Shown here: piece after piece, positions 11,821 through 30,038 of the stretch
Numbering within the stretch: position 1 is the first letter of the stretch
Layout of the letters: every line of letters starts with the position of its first letter
Source: an uncultured Trueperaceae bacterium
GTDB taxonomy: Bacteria > Deinococcota > Deinococci > Deinococcales > Trueperaceae
NCBI GenBank assembly: GCA_963815215.1
Contig: CAWFFU010000003.1
Location: forward strand, 800,001 to 864,000
Length of the DNA: 64,000 nt
Direction: 5' to 3'
Notes under the pieces: model-generated
The model's input: the letters and a program-made list of their open reading frames with translations, nothing else
Told to the model about the DNA's origin: nothing
Database searches by the model: none
Program-made: the position numbers and the translations under genes

Positions 11821-11829
11821 TGCTAGAAT
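11821..11829 (+). promoter_or_regulatory. Extended -10 promoter upstream of carD
   Basis: TGCTAGAAT about 150 nt before the carD start. Confidence 0.55.
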
Positions 11830-11977
11830 GCCGTACGTGGATGTGCTCGTCGGAGCCACGTACGTTCTGGGGCGAGCCTCCCACACCCATAACTCCTACA
11901 ATCTGACGAACCCGGTGCCGCTGCAGTCGGCGGCCGCGCAAGCTTGAACGGGCCCTGAGAGAAGGGAGCAAGCGACG

Positions 11978-12484
11978 TTGAAAGATCAATCCAAGACCTT
12001 CAAGAGCGGTGACCAGGTGGTCCTCCCGCCGTACGGCGTCGGCATCGTTTCGGGAACGACCGTGCGCACGATCGCTGGAGCGGACCTCGACTACTACGAG
12101 GTCGAGTTCCCCAACGGCACGTCGCGCGCCTACGTTCCGGTGCATGCGCCCCAGGAAGCGGGACTGCGCCCCGCGCTCACCAGCGAAGAGGTCCAGAGCG
12201 TCCTGGAGCGGCTCAACAACGGACGCATCACGTTGCCCAAGCAGTGGGCGGCGCGCCACCGCAAGGTGACGGACATCCTGACGAGCGGTGACCCTTACCA
12301 GATCGCCACGCTCGCCAGCGAGCTGCGTCGCTGGGATCTCGAACGAGGCCTCCCCGATCTCGACCGGCAGGCCTACCGGCGGGCGCTGCGCCTGCTGGCC
12401 GGCGAGATCAGCGCGGTGCTGTCCATCAGCGTGCAGGAAGCACGCGCCATGATGGACGCGGGCGAAGACGACGAGCTGAACTAG
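11978..12484 (+). CDS. carD: CarD/CdnL RNA-polymerase-binding factor
   Basis: FKSGDQVVLPPYGVG, RAYVPV, GLRP, conserved Trp in PKQWAARHR; TTG start after GGGAG. Confidence 0.93.
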   Translation: MKDQSKTFKSGDQVVLPPYGVGIVSGTTVRTIAGADLDYYEVEFPNGTSRAYVPVHAPQEAGLRPALTSEEVQSVLERLNNGRITLPKQWAARHRKVTDILTSGDPYQIATLASELRRWDLERGLPDLDRQAYRRALRLLAGEISAVLSISVQEARAMMDAGEDDELN

Positions 12485-12489
12485 GGGAC

Positions 12490-12518
12490 GCGCGGCGGCC
12501 ACCAGCCGCGCTTCTCTT
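12490..12518 (+). terminator. Intrinsic terminator after carD
   Basis: GCGCGGC...GCCGCGC stem followed by TTCTCTT. Confidence 0.65.
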
Positions 12519-12587
12519 GCGGGCCGGGGACTCTCCCCGGCCCTTGGCGTGGTGGCTGCGGGGCGGCGCCGGCAGCCGGGAGGTGCC

Positions 12588-13229
12588 GTGGGAACACGCG
12601 ACTGGATGGAGCGGCGCGCCGGCGGCGCCGCCGCGCTATACGACGACGTCGTCGGCCGGCTGGACCGGCTGGCGCTGGCAGCGGCGCGGCGCGACCTGCT
12701 CCAGGACGTGACGGGCGCGGTGCTCGAGCTCGGCTGCGGGACCGGCAGCGGCTTCGGGCTCTACCCGGCCACGGCGCGCGTCACCGCGGTGGAACCGGAG
12801 CCGGCGTTCCGACCCGTGGCGGCCAGCCGCGCCCGCGCGGCCGCTGCCGAGGTCCGTGTGTTGCCCGGCGACGCCCACGACCTGGCCTTCCCCGACGGCT
12901 CCTTCGACATCGTGGTGGCCGAGTTGATGCTGTGCAGCGTCGCTCGCCCCGAGGTGGCCCTACGTGAGGCCCGGCGCGTTCTGCGCCCGGGCGGCTCGCT
13001 GCGGCTGCTGGAGCACGTGCGCCACCGCCGTCCCGTCATCGGACGCATACAAGACGTCTTCGATCCGCTCTGGAACGCCGTCGAGGGACGCGGCTGCCAC
13101 ATCGGGCGCGACACCCCGCGAACCGTCGAGGCGGCGGGCTTCCAGATCGAGCGCGTCGAGACCGTGCCGTTGCCCGCCGGCGTCGACTGGTTCTTCCCGA
13201 TCGTGACGGTGCACGCCCGCAAATCGTGA
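12588..13229 (+). CDS. Class I SAM-dependent methyltransferase
   Basis: VLELGCGTG, FPDGSFD, RRVLRPGG, LEHV; GGAGG RBS before GTG. Confidence 0.88.
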   Translation: MGTRDWMERRAGGAAALYDDVVGRLDRLALAAARRDLLQDVTGAVLELGCGTGSGFGLYPATARVTAVEPEPAFRPVAASRARAAAAEVRVLPGDAHDLAFPDGSFDIVVAELMLCSVARPEVALREARRVLRPGGSLRLLEHVRHRRPVIGRIQDVFDPLWNAVEGRGCHIGRDTPRTVEAAGFQIERVETVPLPAGVDWFFPIVTVHARKS

Positions 13230-13290
13230 CGGCCAGCCGCCTACGCGGCGACCGAGGCAGGACCTGCGGCGCATCGGCGTCCGCCGGCCG

Positions 13291-13713
13291 CTAGAGTGGT
13301 GTACCGAGCCAACGCAGCGCGATGGCATAGGCGGCGTAATCGTCGATGGGGCGATGCGGGGCGCGCATGCCGGGAGGCAGGAGCCGCGACAGGCCGCGCG
13401 GCGGATGATCGCGGAAGTACAGATCACGCGCGGCCAGCGTGGTCCCGCGCTCGTCGACCAGCGTGGGCTCGAGCCCGCGCGCGCGCAGCTGCTCCACCAC
13501 CGCGCCGCTGCCGGTGCCGTCCCCCACAAGGACGATCCCGTTCGGTGGCAGCTCCAGGCGCCCGAGGTCGTCGGCAGTTAGGACCGCAAGGCGCTCCACG
13601 GTGCCGTCGCGACGCACCCAGGCGGCGCCCAGGTTGTGCCCCGGGTCGAGCGCCAGTACCACGCCGTCCCACCCGTTGCCGCCGACCGGTCCACCGGGCG
13701 TGCTCGCTCGCAT
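13291..13713 (-). CDS. YqgF/RNase H-fold (resolvase-like) protein
   Basis: VLALDPG, LVGDGTGS, VDERGTTLAAR, IDDYAA. Confidence 0.75.
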   Translation of the reverse strand: MRASTPGGPVGGNGWDGVVLALDPGHNLGAAWVRRDGTVERLAVLTADDLGRLELPPNGIVLVGDGTGSGAVVEQLRARGLEPTLVDERGTTLAARDLYFRDHPPRGLSRLLPPGMRAPHRPIDDYAAYAIALRWLGTPL

Positions 13714-13740
13714 CCCCGACAGGGTAGCAGTCCCAAGCGA

Positions 13741-13772
13741 GCGGGGGCCGGCGCGTACGCGCCGGCCCCCGC
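13741..13772. terminator. Perfect 32-bp palindrome after rpoC, likely terminator
   Basis: GCGGGGGCCGGCGCGT|ACGCGCCGGCCCCCGC. Confidence 0.65.
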
Positions 13773-13792
13773 AAGATGCCACGTTCCCCCGA

Positions 13793-18379
<4,587 letters not shown>

Positions 18380-18410
18380 GTCCGTCCCTTCAGGAAGGCG
18401 CCGATTCGGC

Positions 18411-21785
<3,375 letters not shown>

Positions 21786-22314
21786 CTTCACCCCTTCGCT
21801 CGAAGCCGTGTCGCCCGGAGCGTGAGCGCGGCCTGGGCCGCGCGTGCCGTTCAAGCCGAAGCGCGGCAGAGCAACCCCAGGGAGGGCCGCGCGCGGTCTC
21901 CCTGAGCGTCTTGCCGTGCACAAACGTTCGACGTCAAGTACGAATCCCCTGATTCAAAATACCGTGTCCCAACGGAAGGGCATGTCGGGCGACCCGGTCG
22001 CGGTGCTCCGCGCACTCGCCGCCTGAGCGAACCCTCGGGTTCTCCCGGCTTGCCGACGCCGACCCACCTCGCTGTGACGTGCCAACCTGACCTTCGTACC
22101 GACTCCGACCGATCTCCCCGCCAGTGGCTCGCAAACCACGAACTCTCATACTACTGCTTCGTAGCTCCCAGTCACGTAGCCTGCCACTCCTGAGCGTCAC
22201 TCCAACACGCTCGCACGTGCGTGACGACAGAAGTACAGTCGTCACGCACGGCGGCGCTTCGTCCTGGACAGCCCGTGTCAACGGGCCCTCCGTGCATCCG
22301 GCGCGCAAAGCGCG

Positions 22315-22695
22315 TTACTTGACCTCGACGGTGGCGCCCGCGGCTTCCAGCTTGCCCTTGATCTCCTCGGCCTCGTCCTTGCCGATGCTCTCCTTCACCA
22401 CGCCGCCGGACTCGACCAGATCCTTGGCCTCCTTGAGGCCCAGGCTCGTGATGGCGCGGACCTCCTTGATGACCTGGAGCTTCTTGTCGCCCGCCGACTT
22501 GATGCTGACCGTGAACTCGGTCTGCTCTTCGGCAGCAGCTTCCGCCGCAACCGGCATGGCCGCCATCATGCCCGCGGGCATGGCGGCAGCAGCTTCGACG
22601 CCCCACTTGTCCTTCAGGGCATCCACCAGATCCACCAGCTCCAGCACCGTGAGGCCGCTGAGCTGTTCCACCATCGCTTCCTTGTCGAACGCCAT
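22315..22695 (-). CDS. rplL: 50S ribosomal protein L7/L12
   Basis: [30 protein letters not shown]. Confidence 0.99.
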   Translation of the reverse strand: MAFDKEAMVEQLSGLTVLELVDLVDALKDKWGVEAAAAMPAGMMAAMPVAAEAAAEEQTEFTVSIKSAGDKKLQVIKEVRAITSLGLKEAKDLVESGGVVKESIGKDEAEEIKGKLEAAGATVEVK

Positions 22696-23226
22696 CTACT
22701 GTTCCTCCTTCACTTTGTCGCTGTAATTCTGCATGACAGACACCAGGTTCCGCTGCGGACCCTCCAACACGCCCACCAGCTGCTGCAGCGGCGCGAGCAG
22801 CGTGCCGAGCAGTTCGCTCTGCAGCTGCTGCCGCGAGGGCAGCTTGGCGATACGGTCGAGGGCATCCGCGCTCACGATGCCTCCCTGGAGGAACCCGCCC
22901 TTGCCTTTGGGCAGGTCCCGGGGGTGGTCCTTCGCGAAGTCGGCGATCGCCTTCAGAGGCGCCACCGGATCCTCGCCGACGAGCACCAGGGCCGTCGGAC
23001 CCGTGAGCGTGTCGCTGAACCCCTCGACGCCCTGCTGCTTGAGCACGACGTCGATGAGGGTGTTCTTGGCGACCAGGATGCGCCCGCCCGACGCGCGCAC
23101 CGAAGCGCGCAGCCGGCCGAGCTCGCCTGCGGAGAGCCCCTGGTAGTCCACCAGGAAGAACGTCTTCACGCCGTCGAGCAAACCGTGCAGCTCGCGGACG
23201 GACGCCTCATTCCTTGGATTGGCCAT
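22696..23226 (-). CDS. rplJ: 50S ribosomal protein L10
   Basis: VDYQGL, VAKNTL, LTGPTAL, AKLPSR; position in the operon. Confidence 0.97.
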   Translation of the reverse strand: MANPRNEASVRELHGLLDGVKTFFLVDYQGLSAGELGRLRASVRASGGRILVAKNTLIDVVLKQQGVEGFSDTLTGPTALVLVGEDPVAPLKAIADFAKDHPRDLPKGKGGFLQGGIVSADALDRIAKLPSRQQLQSELLGTLLAPLQQLVGVLEGPQRNLVSVMQNYSDKVKEEQ

Positions 23227-23254
23227 GGAACCCTCTCACCTACTCTAGAACGTG

Positions 23255-23410
23255 CGCCCACAGCCCCGAGGGGCCGCTTGCGGGCGCGTGCCGCGAAGCG
23301 CAGCTGGGTCGCGCCGTTCCGTCTCCGAGTGAGCCGAAACCGGCAACCTTGAACGCCTCGGCAGGATCTTTAAGCCTGGCAGGCCCCTGCTGTCTCCAAC
23401 GCCAGAGGTG
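23255..23410 (-). promoter_or_regulatory. L10 leader (ribosomal protein autoregulatory RNA)
   Basis: AGACAGCAGG...TTAAAGATCCTGCCGAGG in the rplA-rplJ spacer; boundaries approximate. Confidence 0.75.
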
Positions 23411-23453
23411 CATCGCAACCGCTACGCACCGGGATGCCGAAAGAACGACCGAC

Positions 23454-24137
23454 CTACAGTGTGACCCGGACGCTGGGGCCCATGGTCGAACTGAGGTGGA
23501 CGGTACGGACGTACTGGCCGCGCGCCGTGTCGGGCTTGGCCGCTTCCAACGCCGTGCGCAGCGCGGTGAGGTTCTCCGCGAGCTTGTCCGACTCGAAGCT
23601 GGCCTTGCCGATCGGCGCGTGTACGACGCCGGTCTTGTCCGCTCTGAACTCGATCTGCCCGGCCTTCAGGGCACCGACGATGTCGCCGACGTTCGGGCCC
23701 ACTGTCCCCGCCTTGGGGTTCGGGAGCAGTCCGCGTGGGCCGAGGACGCGGCCGAGCTTGCCGCCGACCTGCGCCATCATGTCGGGCGTGGCGACGACGG
23801 CGTCGAAGTCCATCCAGCCGTCGGCGATCCGCTGGATGAGGTCCGCCCCGCCGACCACGTCCGCTCCCGCCGCTTCCGCCTCGGCCACCTTGTCGCCCTG
23901 GGTGATCGCGATCACCCGGACGGTCTTGCCGGTCCCGTGCGGCAGGGCTACGGTGCCACGCACCGTCTGGTCGGACTTCTTGGGGTCGATGCCAAGCCGG
24001 AAGTGCGCCTCGATCGTCTCGTCGAACTTGGCGGTGGCGAGCTCCTTCACCAGCGCTGTCGCCTGATCGGGGGCGTAGAGCTGGGAGCGATCGACGCGCT
24101 TCTCGAGCTCACGGTAGCGTTTGCCGCGTCTAGCCAC
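23454..24137 (-). CDS. rplA: 50S ribosomal protein L1
   Basis: [32 protein letters not shown]. Confidence 0.99.
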   Translation of the reverse strand: MARRGKRYRELEKRVDRSQLYAPDQATALVKELATAKFDETIEAHFRLGIDPKKSDQTVRGTVALPHGTGKTVRVIAITQGDKVAEAEAAGADVVGGADLIQRIADGWMDFDAVVATPDMMAQVGGKLGRVLGPRGLLPNPKAGTVGPNVGDIVGALKAGQIEFRADKTGVVHAPIGKASFESDKLAENLTALRTALEAAKPDTARGQYVRTVHLSSTMGPSVRVTL

Positions 24138-24570
24138 CTGTAGGCGCTCCCTCCACCGTGACGCCCATCGAGCGGGCGGTGCCGGCGATGATGCGCGCCG
24201 CCGCCTCGGGGCTACCCGCGTTCAGGTCGGTCATCTTCTGCTCGCCAAGCTCCAGGCACTGCTGCCATGTGATCTTGCCGACCTTGACCTTGTGCGGCTC
24301 GCCCGAGCCACTGTCGATCCCTGCCGCCTTCTTGATGAGGTAGCTCGCCGGCGGCGTCTTGGTGATGAACGTGAAGGAACGGTCGGCGAAGATGGTGATC
24401 TCCACCGGCACCACCGCGCCGGCCTGCGAGGCCGTGGTGGCGTTGTACTCCTTCACGAACTGCATGATGTTGGCACCGTACTGCCCCAGCGCGGGCCCGA
24501 CCGGCGGCGCCGGTGTGGCGCCTCCCGCGGGCAACTGGAGCTTCACGATACCTGCGACCTTCTTGGCCAT
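24130..24570 (-). CDS. rplK: 50S ribosomal protein L11
   Basis: [25 protein letters not shown]. Confidence 0.99.
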   Translation of the reverse strand: MAKKVAGIVKLQLPAGGATPAPPVGPALGQYGANIMQFVKEYNATTASQAGAVVPVEITIFADRSFTFITKTPPASYLIKKAAGIDSGSGEPHKVKVGKITWQQCLELGEQKMTDLNAGSPEAAARIIAGTARSMGVTVEGAPTGG

Positions 24571-24655
24571 GGTTCCTCCTAAGCTCCCCCGGCGGCATGG
24601 CCCGCAGCGGGGTTCGAGCGCTCCGTGAGGGCGCGTGGCGCGTGTTCCGCCGCGG

Positions 24656-25213
24656 TCACGCCCTGACGACCTGAGAGTAGTCGAGCTCGACCGGGGTCTC
24701 CCGGCCGAAGATCGAGACGAGTACCTTCACCTTGCCGCGCTCGGGGTTGACCTCCGAGACGACACCCGTGAAATCGGCGAAGGGTCCGGCCGTGACCTGG
24801 ACCATATCGCCGACGTTGAAGGTGATCTTGACCTTGGGCGCCTCCCGCGAACCGGTGATGCCCAGCGTGCCGAGCATGCGCTGCTCCTCGTCCGGGGAGA
24901 GCGGCACAGCGCGTGTGGCAGTGCCCACGAAGCCGGTCACGCCCGGCGTGTAGCGCACCACTTCCCACGCCTCGTTGGGCTCGTCGGGATTGTCGCCGAG
25001 GTCCATCTGCACGAAGATATAGCCGGGAAAGAGCTTGCGCTTGACGACTTCCTTCTTGCCGCCGCCCGCGTGCTCCACCGTCTCCTCGGTGGGCACGACC
25101 ACCTGGTAGATGCAGTCCGCGATGCCGAGCGACTTCGCCCGGCTCATCACGTTCTCCTTCACCTTCTCCTCGTGGCCCACATAGGTGTGGACGGCGTACC
25201 ACTCGATGCTCAT
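24656..25213 (-). CDS. nusG: Transcription termination/antitermination factor NusG
   Basis: [40 protein letters not shown]. Confidence 0.99.
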   Translation of the reverse strand: MSIEWYAVHTYVGHEEKVKENVMSRAKSLGIADCIYQVVVPTEETVEHAGGGKKEVVKRKLFPGYIFVQMDLGDNPDEPNEAWEVVRYTPGVTGFVGTATRAVPLSPDEEQRMLGTLGITGSREAPKVKITFNVGDMVQVTAGPFADFTGVVSEVNPERGKVKVLVSIFGRETPVELDYSQVVRA

Positions 25214-25285
25214 TCGGGTCCAAACCTCGTCTCGTGAGCCCCCGTGCCGGGACCCAGGTCGCGGCGGCGGGGTGGGGCGTCGACC

Positions 25286-25468
25286 TCAGGTGAGCAGGCC
25301 AATGAGGTTCCCCAACGTGGCGTCCGCGATGAGCAGGAACAGGGCCGTGATCAGCACGAACAACAGCGTCGCTTCGGTCGCCTGCAACACTTCCTTGCGG
25401 GTGGGCCAGGTGACGCGACCGAGCTCGGCGCGTGAGTTGCGCAGGTAGTTGACGAATCCCTTGAACAT
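25286..25468 (-). CDS. secE: Preprotein translocase subunit SecE
   Basis: ELGRVTWPTRKE plus one TM helix. Confidence 0.96.
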   Translation of the reverse strand: MFKGFVNYLRNSRAELGRVTWPTRKEVLQATEATLLFVLITALFLLIADATLGNLIGLLT

Positions 25469-25478
25469 GCGTGCCGGC

Positions 25479-25643
25479 CTAGACCTTCACCTCACGGTGC
25501 GCGGTGTGCTTGCGGTCCCAGGGGCAGTACTTGCGGAGCTCGAGCTTGCCCTGGCTGTTGCGCCGGTTCTTGTGCGTCGTGTAGTTACGGCGCTTGCACT
25601 CGGTGCACTCGAGAAGCAGCTTGATGCGGACGTCACTGGCCAT
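25479..25643 (-). CDS. rpmG: 50S ribosomal protein L33 (not in the ORF track)
   Basis: Hand translation [54 protein letters not shown]. Confidence 0.97.
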   Translation of the reverse strand: MASDVRIKLLLECTECKRRNYTTHKNRRNSQGKLELRKYCPWDRKHTAHREVKV

Positions 25644-25732
25644 GGTGGTCTCCCAATCGAAAGAGCATACCAGAGTCGGGGCCCCGGCATCGTAGCGCGG
25701 CGGGGTCCCGACCCCGGGAAGGGCAGATGAGG

Positions 25733-26950
25733 TTACTTCGTCACGGCCGTCACGACACCCGCACCGACCGTCCGACCCCCCTCACGAATCGCAAACCGCA
25801 ACCCCTCCTCCATCGCAATCGGCTTGATCAACTCCACCCCAAGCTCCACATTATCCCCAGGCATCACCATCTCCACACCCTCCGGCAACGACACCACCCC
25901 CGTCACATCCGTCGTCCGAAAGTAAAACTGCGGGCGATACCCAGAAAAAAACGCGCTATGCCGCCCCCCCTCCTCCTTCTTCAACACATACACCGACCCA
26001 CGAAACACCGTATGCGGCGTAATCGACCCAGGCTTCGCCAACACCTGACCCCGCTCGATCTCCTCACGCCCCACACCCCGCAACAAAACCCCCACATTAT
26101 CCCCAGCCATCCCCGAACCCAACGTCTTCCGATGCATCTCCACACCCGTCACAACCGTCTTCCGCGTATCCCCCAACCCAACAATCTCAACCTCATCCCC
26201 CGTCTTCACCTCACCACGCTCAATACGACCCGTCGCCACCGTCCCACGACCCGTAATCGTAAACACATCCTCCACCGGCAACAAAAACGGCTTCTCCACA
26301 TCCCTCACCGGCGTCGGAATATACCCATCCACCGCATCCAACAACTCCCAAATCCGATCCACCCACTCATTCTCACCACGCTGCATCGACGGATTCCCAT
26401 GCAACGCCTCCAACGCCCTCAACGCAGACCCCGCCACCACCGGAATCTCATCCCCCGGAAACTCATACAACGACAACAGCTCCCGAACCTCCATCTCCAC
26501 AAGCTCCAACAACTCCGCATCATCCACCATGTCCACCTTGTTCAAAAACACCACAATATTCGGCACACCCACCTGACGCGCCAACACAATATGCTCACGC
26601 GTCTGCGGCATCGGCCCATCCGCAGCCGACACCACCAACACCGCACCATCCATCTGCGCAGCCCCCGTAATCATATTCTTCACATAATCCGCATGCCCCG
26701 GACAATCCACATGCGAATAATGCCGCGCCACCGTCTGATACTCCACATGCGCCGTATTAATCGTAATCCCACGCGCCTTCTCCTCCGGCGCCTTATCAAT
26801 CTGATCGTAATCCTGAATCTCCACCGACGGATCCGCCGCCGCAGCCGCAAACGTAATCGCAGCCGTCAACGTCGTCTTCCCATGATCCACATGCCCAATC
26901 GTCCCAACATTCACATGCGGCTTCGTACGCTCAAACACACCCTTAGCCAT
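25733..26950 (-). CDS. tuf: Elongation factor Tu
   Basis: [18 protein letters not shown]; 405 aa; anomalous G/T-ending codons. Confidence 0.99.
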   Translation of the reverse strand: MAKGVFERTKPHVNVGTIGHVDHGKTTLTAAITFAAAAADPSVEIQDYDQIDKAPEEKARGITINTAHVEYQTVARHYSHVDCPGHADYVKNMITGAAQMDGAVLVVSAADGPMPQTREHIVLARQVGVPNIVVFLNKVDMVDDAELLELVEMEVRELLSLYEFPGDEIPVVAGSALRALEALHGNPSMQRGENEWVDRIWELLDAVDGYIPTPVRDVEKPFLLPVEDVFTITGRGTVATGRIERGEVKTGDEVEIVGLGDTRKTVVTGVEMHRKTLGSGMAGDNVGVLLRGVGREEIERGQVLAKPGSITPHTVFRGSVYVLKKEEGGRHSAFFSGYRPQFYFRTTDVTGVVSLPEGVEMVMPGDNVELGVELIKPIAMEEGLRFAIREGGRTVGAGVVTAVTK

Positions 26951-27028
26951 GATCCTGTCCTTTCCCAGCCGAAACGAGCCGGCCTGCTGGCCGCAGGCAC
27001 GACTCGGCTCGACCTCGGGGCTGCAATT

Positions 27029-27103
<75 letters not shown>

Positions 27104-27175
27104 CCGCCTTCTACCCCGTCTTGCGCCCGGCCCAGCACGCACCGTGCTTGACGCGCCTGCGCGCGGGACCGTGCT

Positions 27176-27251
<76 letters not shown>

Positions 27252-27309
27252 GAACCGCCCGGATCCGGGCGCGCCCTCTCGAGCGGCGTGGCCAAGACGG
27301 CCGCGCTCC

Positions 27310-27395
27310 TGGTGGGCAGGGCTGGATTCGAACCAGCGTAGGCATAAGCCAACGGATTTACAGTCCGTCCCCTTTAACCACTCGGGCACCTACCC
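27310..27395 (-). tRNA. tRNA-Tyr(GTA)
   Basis: Anticodon loop CTGTAAA, long variable arm, encoded CCA. Confidence 0.96.
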
Positions 27396-27422
27396 GCACC
27401 GTGGACGTCGCGCCCCGCGCCG

Positions 27423-27498
27423 TGGAGCCACCCATCGGAATCGAACCGACAACCTTCCGATTACAAGTCGGATGCTCTACCGGTTGAGCTAGGGTGGC
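27423..27498 (-). tRNA. tRNA-Thr(TGT)
   Basis: Anticodon loop CTTGTAA, encoded CCA. Confidence 0.96.
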
Positions 27499-27574
27499 GC
27501 GCCGCAGTTCACACGGCCTCACCGACGCTCGCCGCTCCCGGCGGGGCCGGGCCCGGGCTGACGTCCGAATTCCT

Positions 27575-27604
27575 AAGTTAGCATGCGCGATTTTCCCGTG
27601 TCAA
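27575..27604 (-). promoter_or_regulatory. Promoter of the tRNA-tuf operon
   Basis: TTGACA-18 nt-TAACTT with an extended TGn. Confidence 0.7.
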
Positions 27605-27807
27605 CGGAATGAATCGCCGTTCGTGACGTGGCTAACGGCGCGCTGGCGACAGCGGCGCGAACGGACGCGTCCGGTCGCCCGCGCACGGCCGCCGGAAGGG
27701 CGTCCAGGCGCCGTCCCACCCCCCCGTCCCGGCCGCCCGTACCGTCGCGCCAGAGCACCTTGTAGCGAAGCGGCGGATGCTACGCTACGCGTGATGGAGG
27801 CAATCGC

Positions 27808-28155
27808 ATGAGAATAGGGTCGCTGGGCCTTCCCGAGCTGTTGGTCATCCTGTTGGTCGTTCTGCTGATCTTCGGTCCCCGCAGGCTACCGGAGATGGCG
27901 AAGGGCCTGGGCCAGTCCGTGCGCGAGTTCCGCAAGGGCATCAAGGACATGAAGGAGGACTTCGAGTCCGAGGCGAGCGCGCCGACCCCGGCCAAGGCGC
28001 CCGCCCAAACCGCCGCCGCCGACGCCGCAACCAACGCTGCGTCGCAGCCCGGGGCCACACCGACGGCCACGCCGACGGCTGCACCTGCACCAGCGGCAGC
28101 GGCAGCGGCAGCGGCGCCGTCCGAGGACGGCGACGCCACGCCGAAGGGCGCCTGA
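27808..28155 (+). CDS. tatA: Twin-arginine translocase TatA/E
   Basis: LGLPELLVIL...IFGPRRLPE...GQSVREFRK; Ala/Pro-rich tail. Confidence 0.95.
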   Translation: MRIGSLGLPELLVILLVVLLIFGPRRLPEMAKGLGQSVREFRKGIKDMKEDFESEASAPTPAKAPAQTAAADAATNAASQPGATPTATPTAAPAPAAAAAAAAPSEDGDATPKGA

Positions 28156-28228
28156 ACCCGCACCCACCCGATGACGGCCGCGAGCGTGAAGCGCGCGGCC
28201 GCGGGCTTTCCTGGGTTCCTCCACGCCT

Positions 28229-28963
28229 GTGACCTTGATCGAGCACTTCGAGGAGCTCCGCACCAGGCTCCTCATCGCCTTCGCCGCATGGATCGTCGGA
28301 TCCGGGGTGGCGTTCGCTTTCCGCTTCCAGGTGCTGGACTGGCTCAAGAGCCCGCTTCCGAGCAACACCACGTTGAGCTACTTCGGCGTGCTCGAGCCCT
28401 TCACGGTATCGATGCAGATCGCCAGCTTCTTCGGGCTGGTGGTCGCTTTCCCGGTGATCCTGGGCCAGGTGTGGGGCTTCATCGCCCCAGGGCTCTACCG
28501 CCAGGAGCGTCGCTACGCCGTGCCCTTCATCTTCTTCGCGGTGGTGGCGTTCCTGTGCGGGGTGGGCTTCGCGTACTACGTGGTGCTGCCCATCACCATC
28601 CCGATCCTGCTCGGCTTCCTGGGGTCGGCCGCGACCGGCCTGCTGTCGATCGGACGATACATCTCCACCATCCTGATGCTGATGGGGGTGTTCGGGCTGA
28701 TGTTCGAGATGCCGGTGCTGGGGTACCTGCTGGCCCGCATCGGGGTGCTGCACTCCCGGCCCCTGTCGCAGAACCGGCGTTACGCCATCGTCATCGGCCT
28801 GGTGTTCGCCGCCGTGATCACGCCCACTGGGGATCCGTTCAACCTCTCCCTGGTCGCCGTGCCGCTCATCGTGCTCTACGAGCTCACGATCTGGGTGGTC
28901 CACTTCTCGCAACGAAGGATGGAGTATGGACGGGAAGATCCAGAGCCTACGAGCCCGAATTGA
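28229..28963 (+). CDS. tatC: Twin-arginine translocase TatC
   Basis: TLIEHFEELRTR, WGFIAPGLY, FEMP, AVITPTGD, LYE. Confidence 0.96.
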   Translation: MTLIEHFEELRTRLLIAFAAWIVGSGVAFAFRFQVLDWLKSPLPSNTTLSYFGVLEPFTVSMQIASFFGLVVAFPVILGQVWGFIAPGLYRQERRYAVPFIFFAVVAFLCGVGFAYYVVLPITIPILLGFLGSAATGLLSIGRYISTILMLMGVFGLMFEMPVLGYLLARIGVLHSRPLSQNRRYAIVIGLVFAAVITPTGDPFNLSLVAVPLIVLYELTIWVVHFSQRRMEYGREDPEPTSPN

Positions 28964-30026
28964 CGATCTCAACCTCAGGATCCTTGAGCTACTGTCACAG
29001 CGCGCCTCGCTCGCCGAGGAGATCGGCGAGCTGCAGAGCGCCATGGGGCTGTCGCACTACGATCCCATGCGCGAGCAGGAGATGCTCGACGCGCTCACCG
29101 CGGCCAATGGGGGCCCGTTCAGCGATGCGGCGGTCAAGAGCCTGTTCAAGCAGATCTTCCAGGCCAGTATGCAGCTCGAGGAGACGCAGGAGAAGCGCCA
29201 CTACCTGACGTCACGGCGCAGCCACGGTGAGGACACCGTGGTGATGGTCGGCGACGTGCCCATCGGCGGCAAGCACGCTCCGGTGCTGATCGCCGGCCCC
29301 TGCGCCATCGAGTCGGCCGCCCAGGTGGAGGCAGTGGCGGCGCACGTCGCAGCGCAGGGCGTCACCCTGTTCCGGGGCGGAGCCTTCAAACCTCGTACCG
29401 ACCCCTACAGCTTCCAGGGACTGGGCGAGGAGGGGCTGCGCCTGGCACGCGAAGCCTGCGATCGTCACGGTCTCGCGCTGGTGAGCGAGATCATGGACGC
29501 CGAGCAGCTGCCGCTGTTCGAAGCCTATGCCGACCTGCTCCAGATCGGCGCCCGGAACATGCAGAACTTCACGCTCCTCAAGGCCGCCGGCCGCAGCCGC
29601 AAGCCGGTGCTGCTCAAGCGCGGGCTCTCCGCCACGGTGGAGGAGTGGGTGATGGCCGCCGAGTACCTGCTCAACGAGGGCAACCCCAACGTGGTGCTGT
29701 GCGAGCGGGGAATCCGCACCTTCGAGCGCTACACCCGAAACACGCTGGACGTATCGGCCGTCGCCCTGGCCAAGCTGGAGACCCACCTGCCGGTGCTGGT
29801 CGACGTCACGCACTCCGGCGGCCGCCGCGACCTGCTGGTGCCGCTGACCAAGGCGGGACTGGCCGTCGGCGCCGACGGCATCATGCTCGAGGTGCACCCG
29901 AACCCCGCCGTGGCATTGTCGGATCAGAAGCAGCAAGTCGACTTCGAGACCTTCGACCGCTATCTGGAGGACACGGGCTACCACGCCAAGCTCTCCGAGA
30001 AGCGTCTCGAAGTCTACGGATTCTAG
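28926..30026 (+). CDS. Bifunctional chorismate mutase / class I-beta DAHP synthase
   Basis: N-terminal AroQ-like domain (LRARIDDLN, YDPMREQEM), then IAGPCAIE, KPRT, QIGARNMQN, LKRG. Confidence 0.93.
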   Translation: MDGKIQSLRARIDDLNLRILELLSQRASLAEEIGELQSAMGLSHYDPMREQEMLDALTAANGGPFSDAAVKSLFKQIFQASMQLEETQEKRHYLTSRRSHGEDTVVMVGDVPIGGKHAPVLIAGPCAIESAAQVEAVAAHVAAQGVTLFRGGAFKPRTDPYSFQGLGEEGLRLAREACDRHGLALVSEIMDAEQLPLFEAYADLLQIGARNMQNFTLLKAAGRSRKPVLLKRGLSATVEEWVMAAEYLLNEGNPNVVLCERGIRTFERYTRNTLDVSAVALAKLETHLPVLVDVTHSGGRRDLLVPLTKAGLAVGADGIMLEVHPNPAVALSDQKQQVDFETFDRYLEDTGYHAKLSEKRLEVYGF

Positions 30027-30038
30027 CGGCGGCCTCGG

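Noticed and set aside
22276..22281. TTGACA downstream of rplL as a -35 box
   Set aside because: No -10 box at a suitable spacing; it lies within a hairpin.
28060..28120. GCGGCA and ACGGCC-type short repeats in tatA
   Set aside because: Encode an ordinary Ala/Pro/Thr-rich disordered tail; not a CRISPR array or contingency locus.
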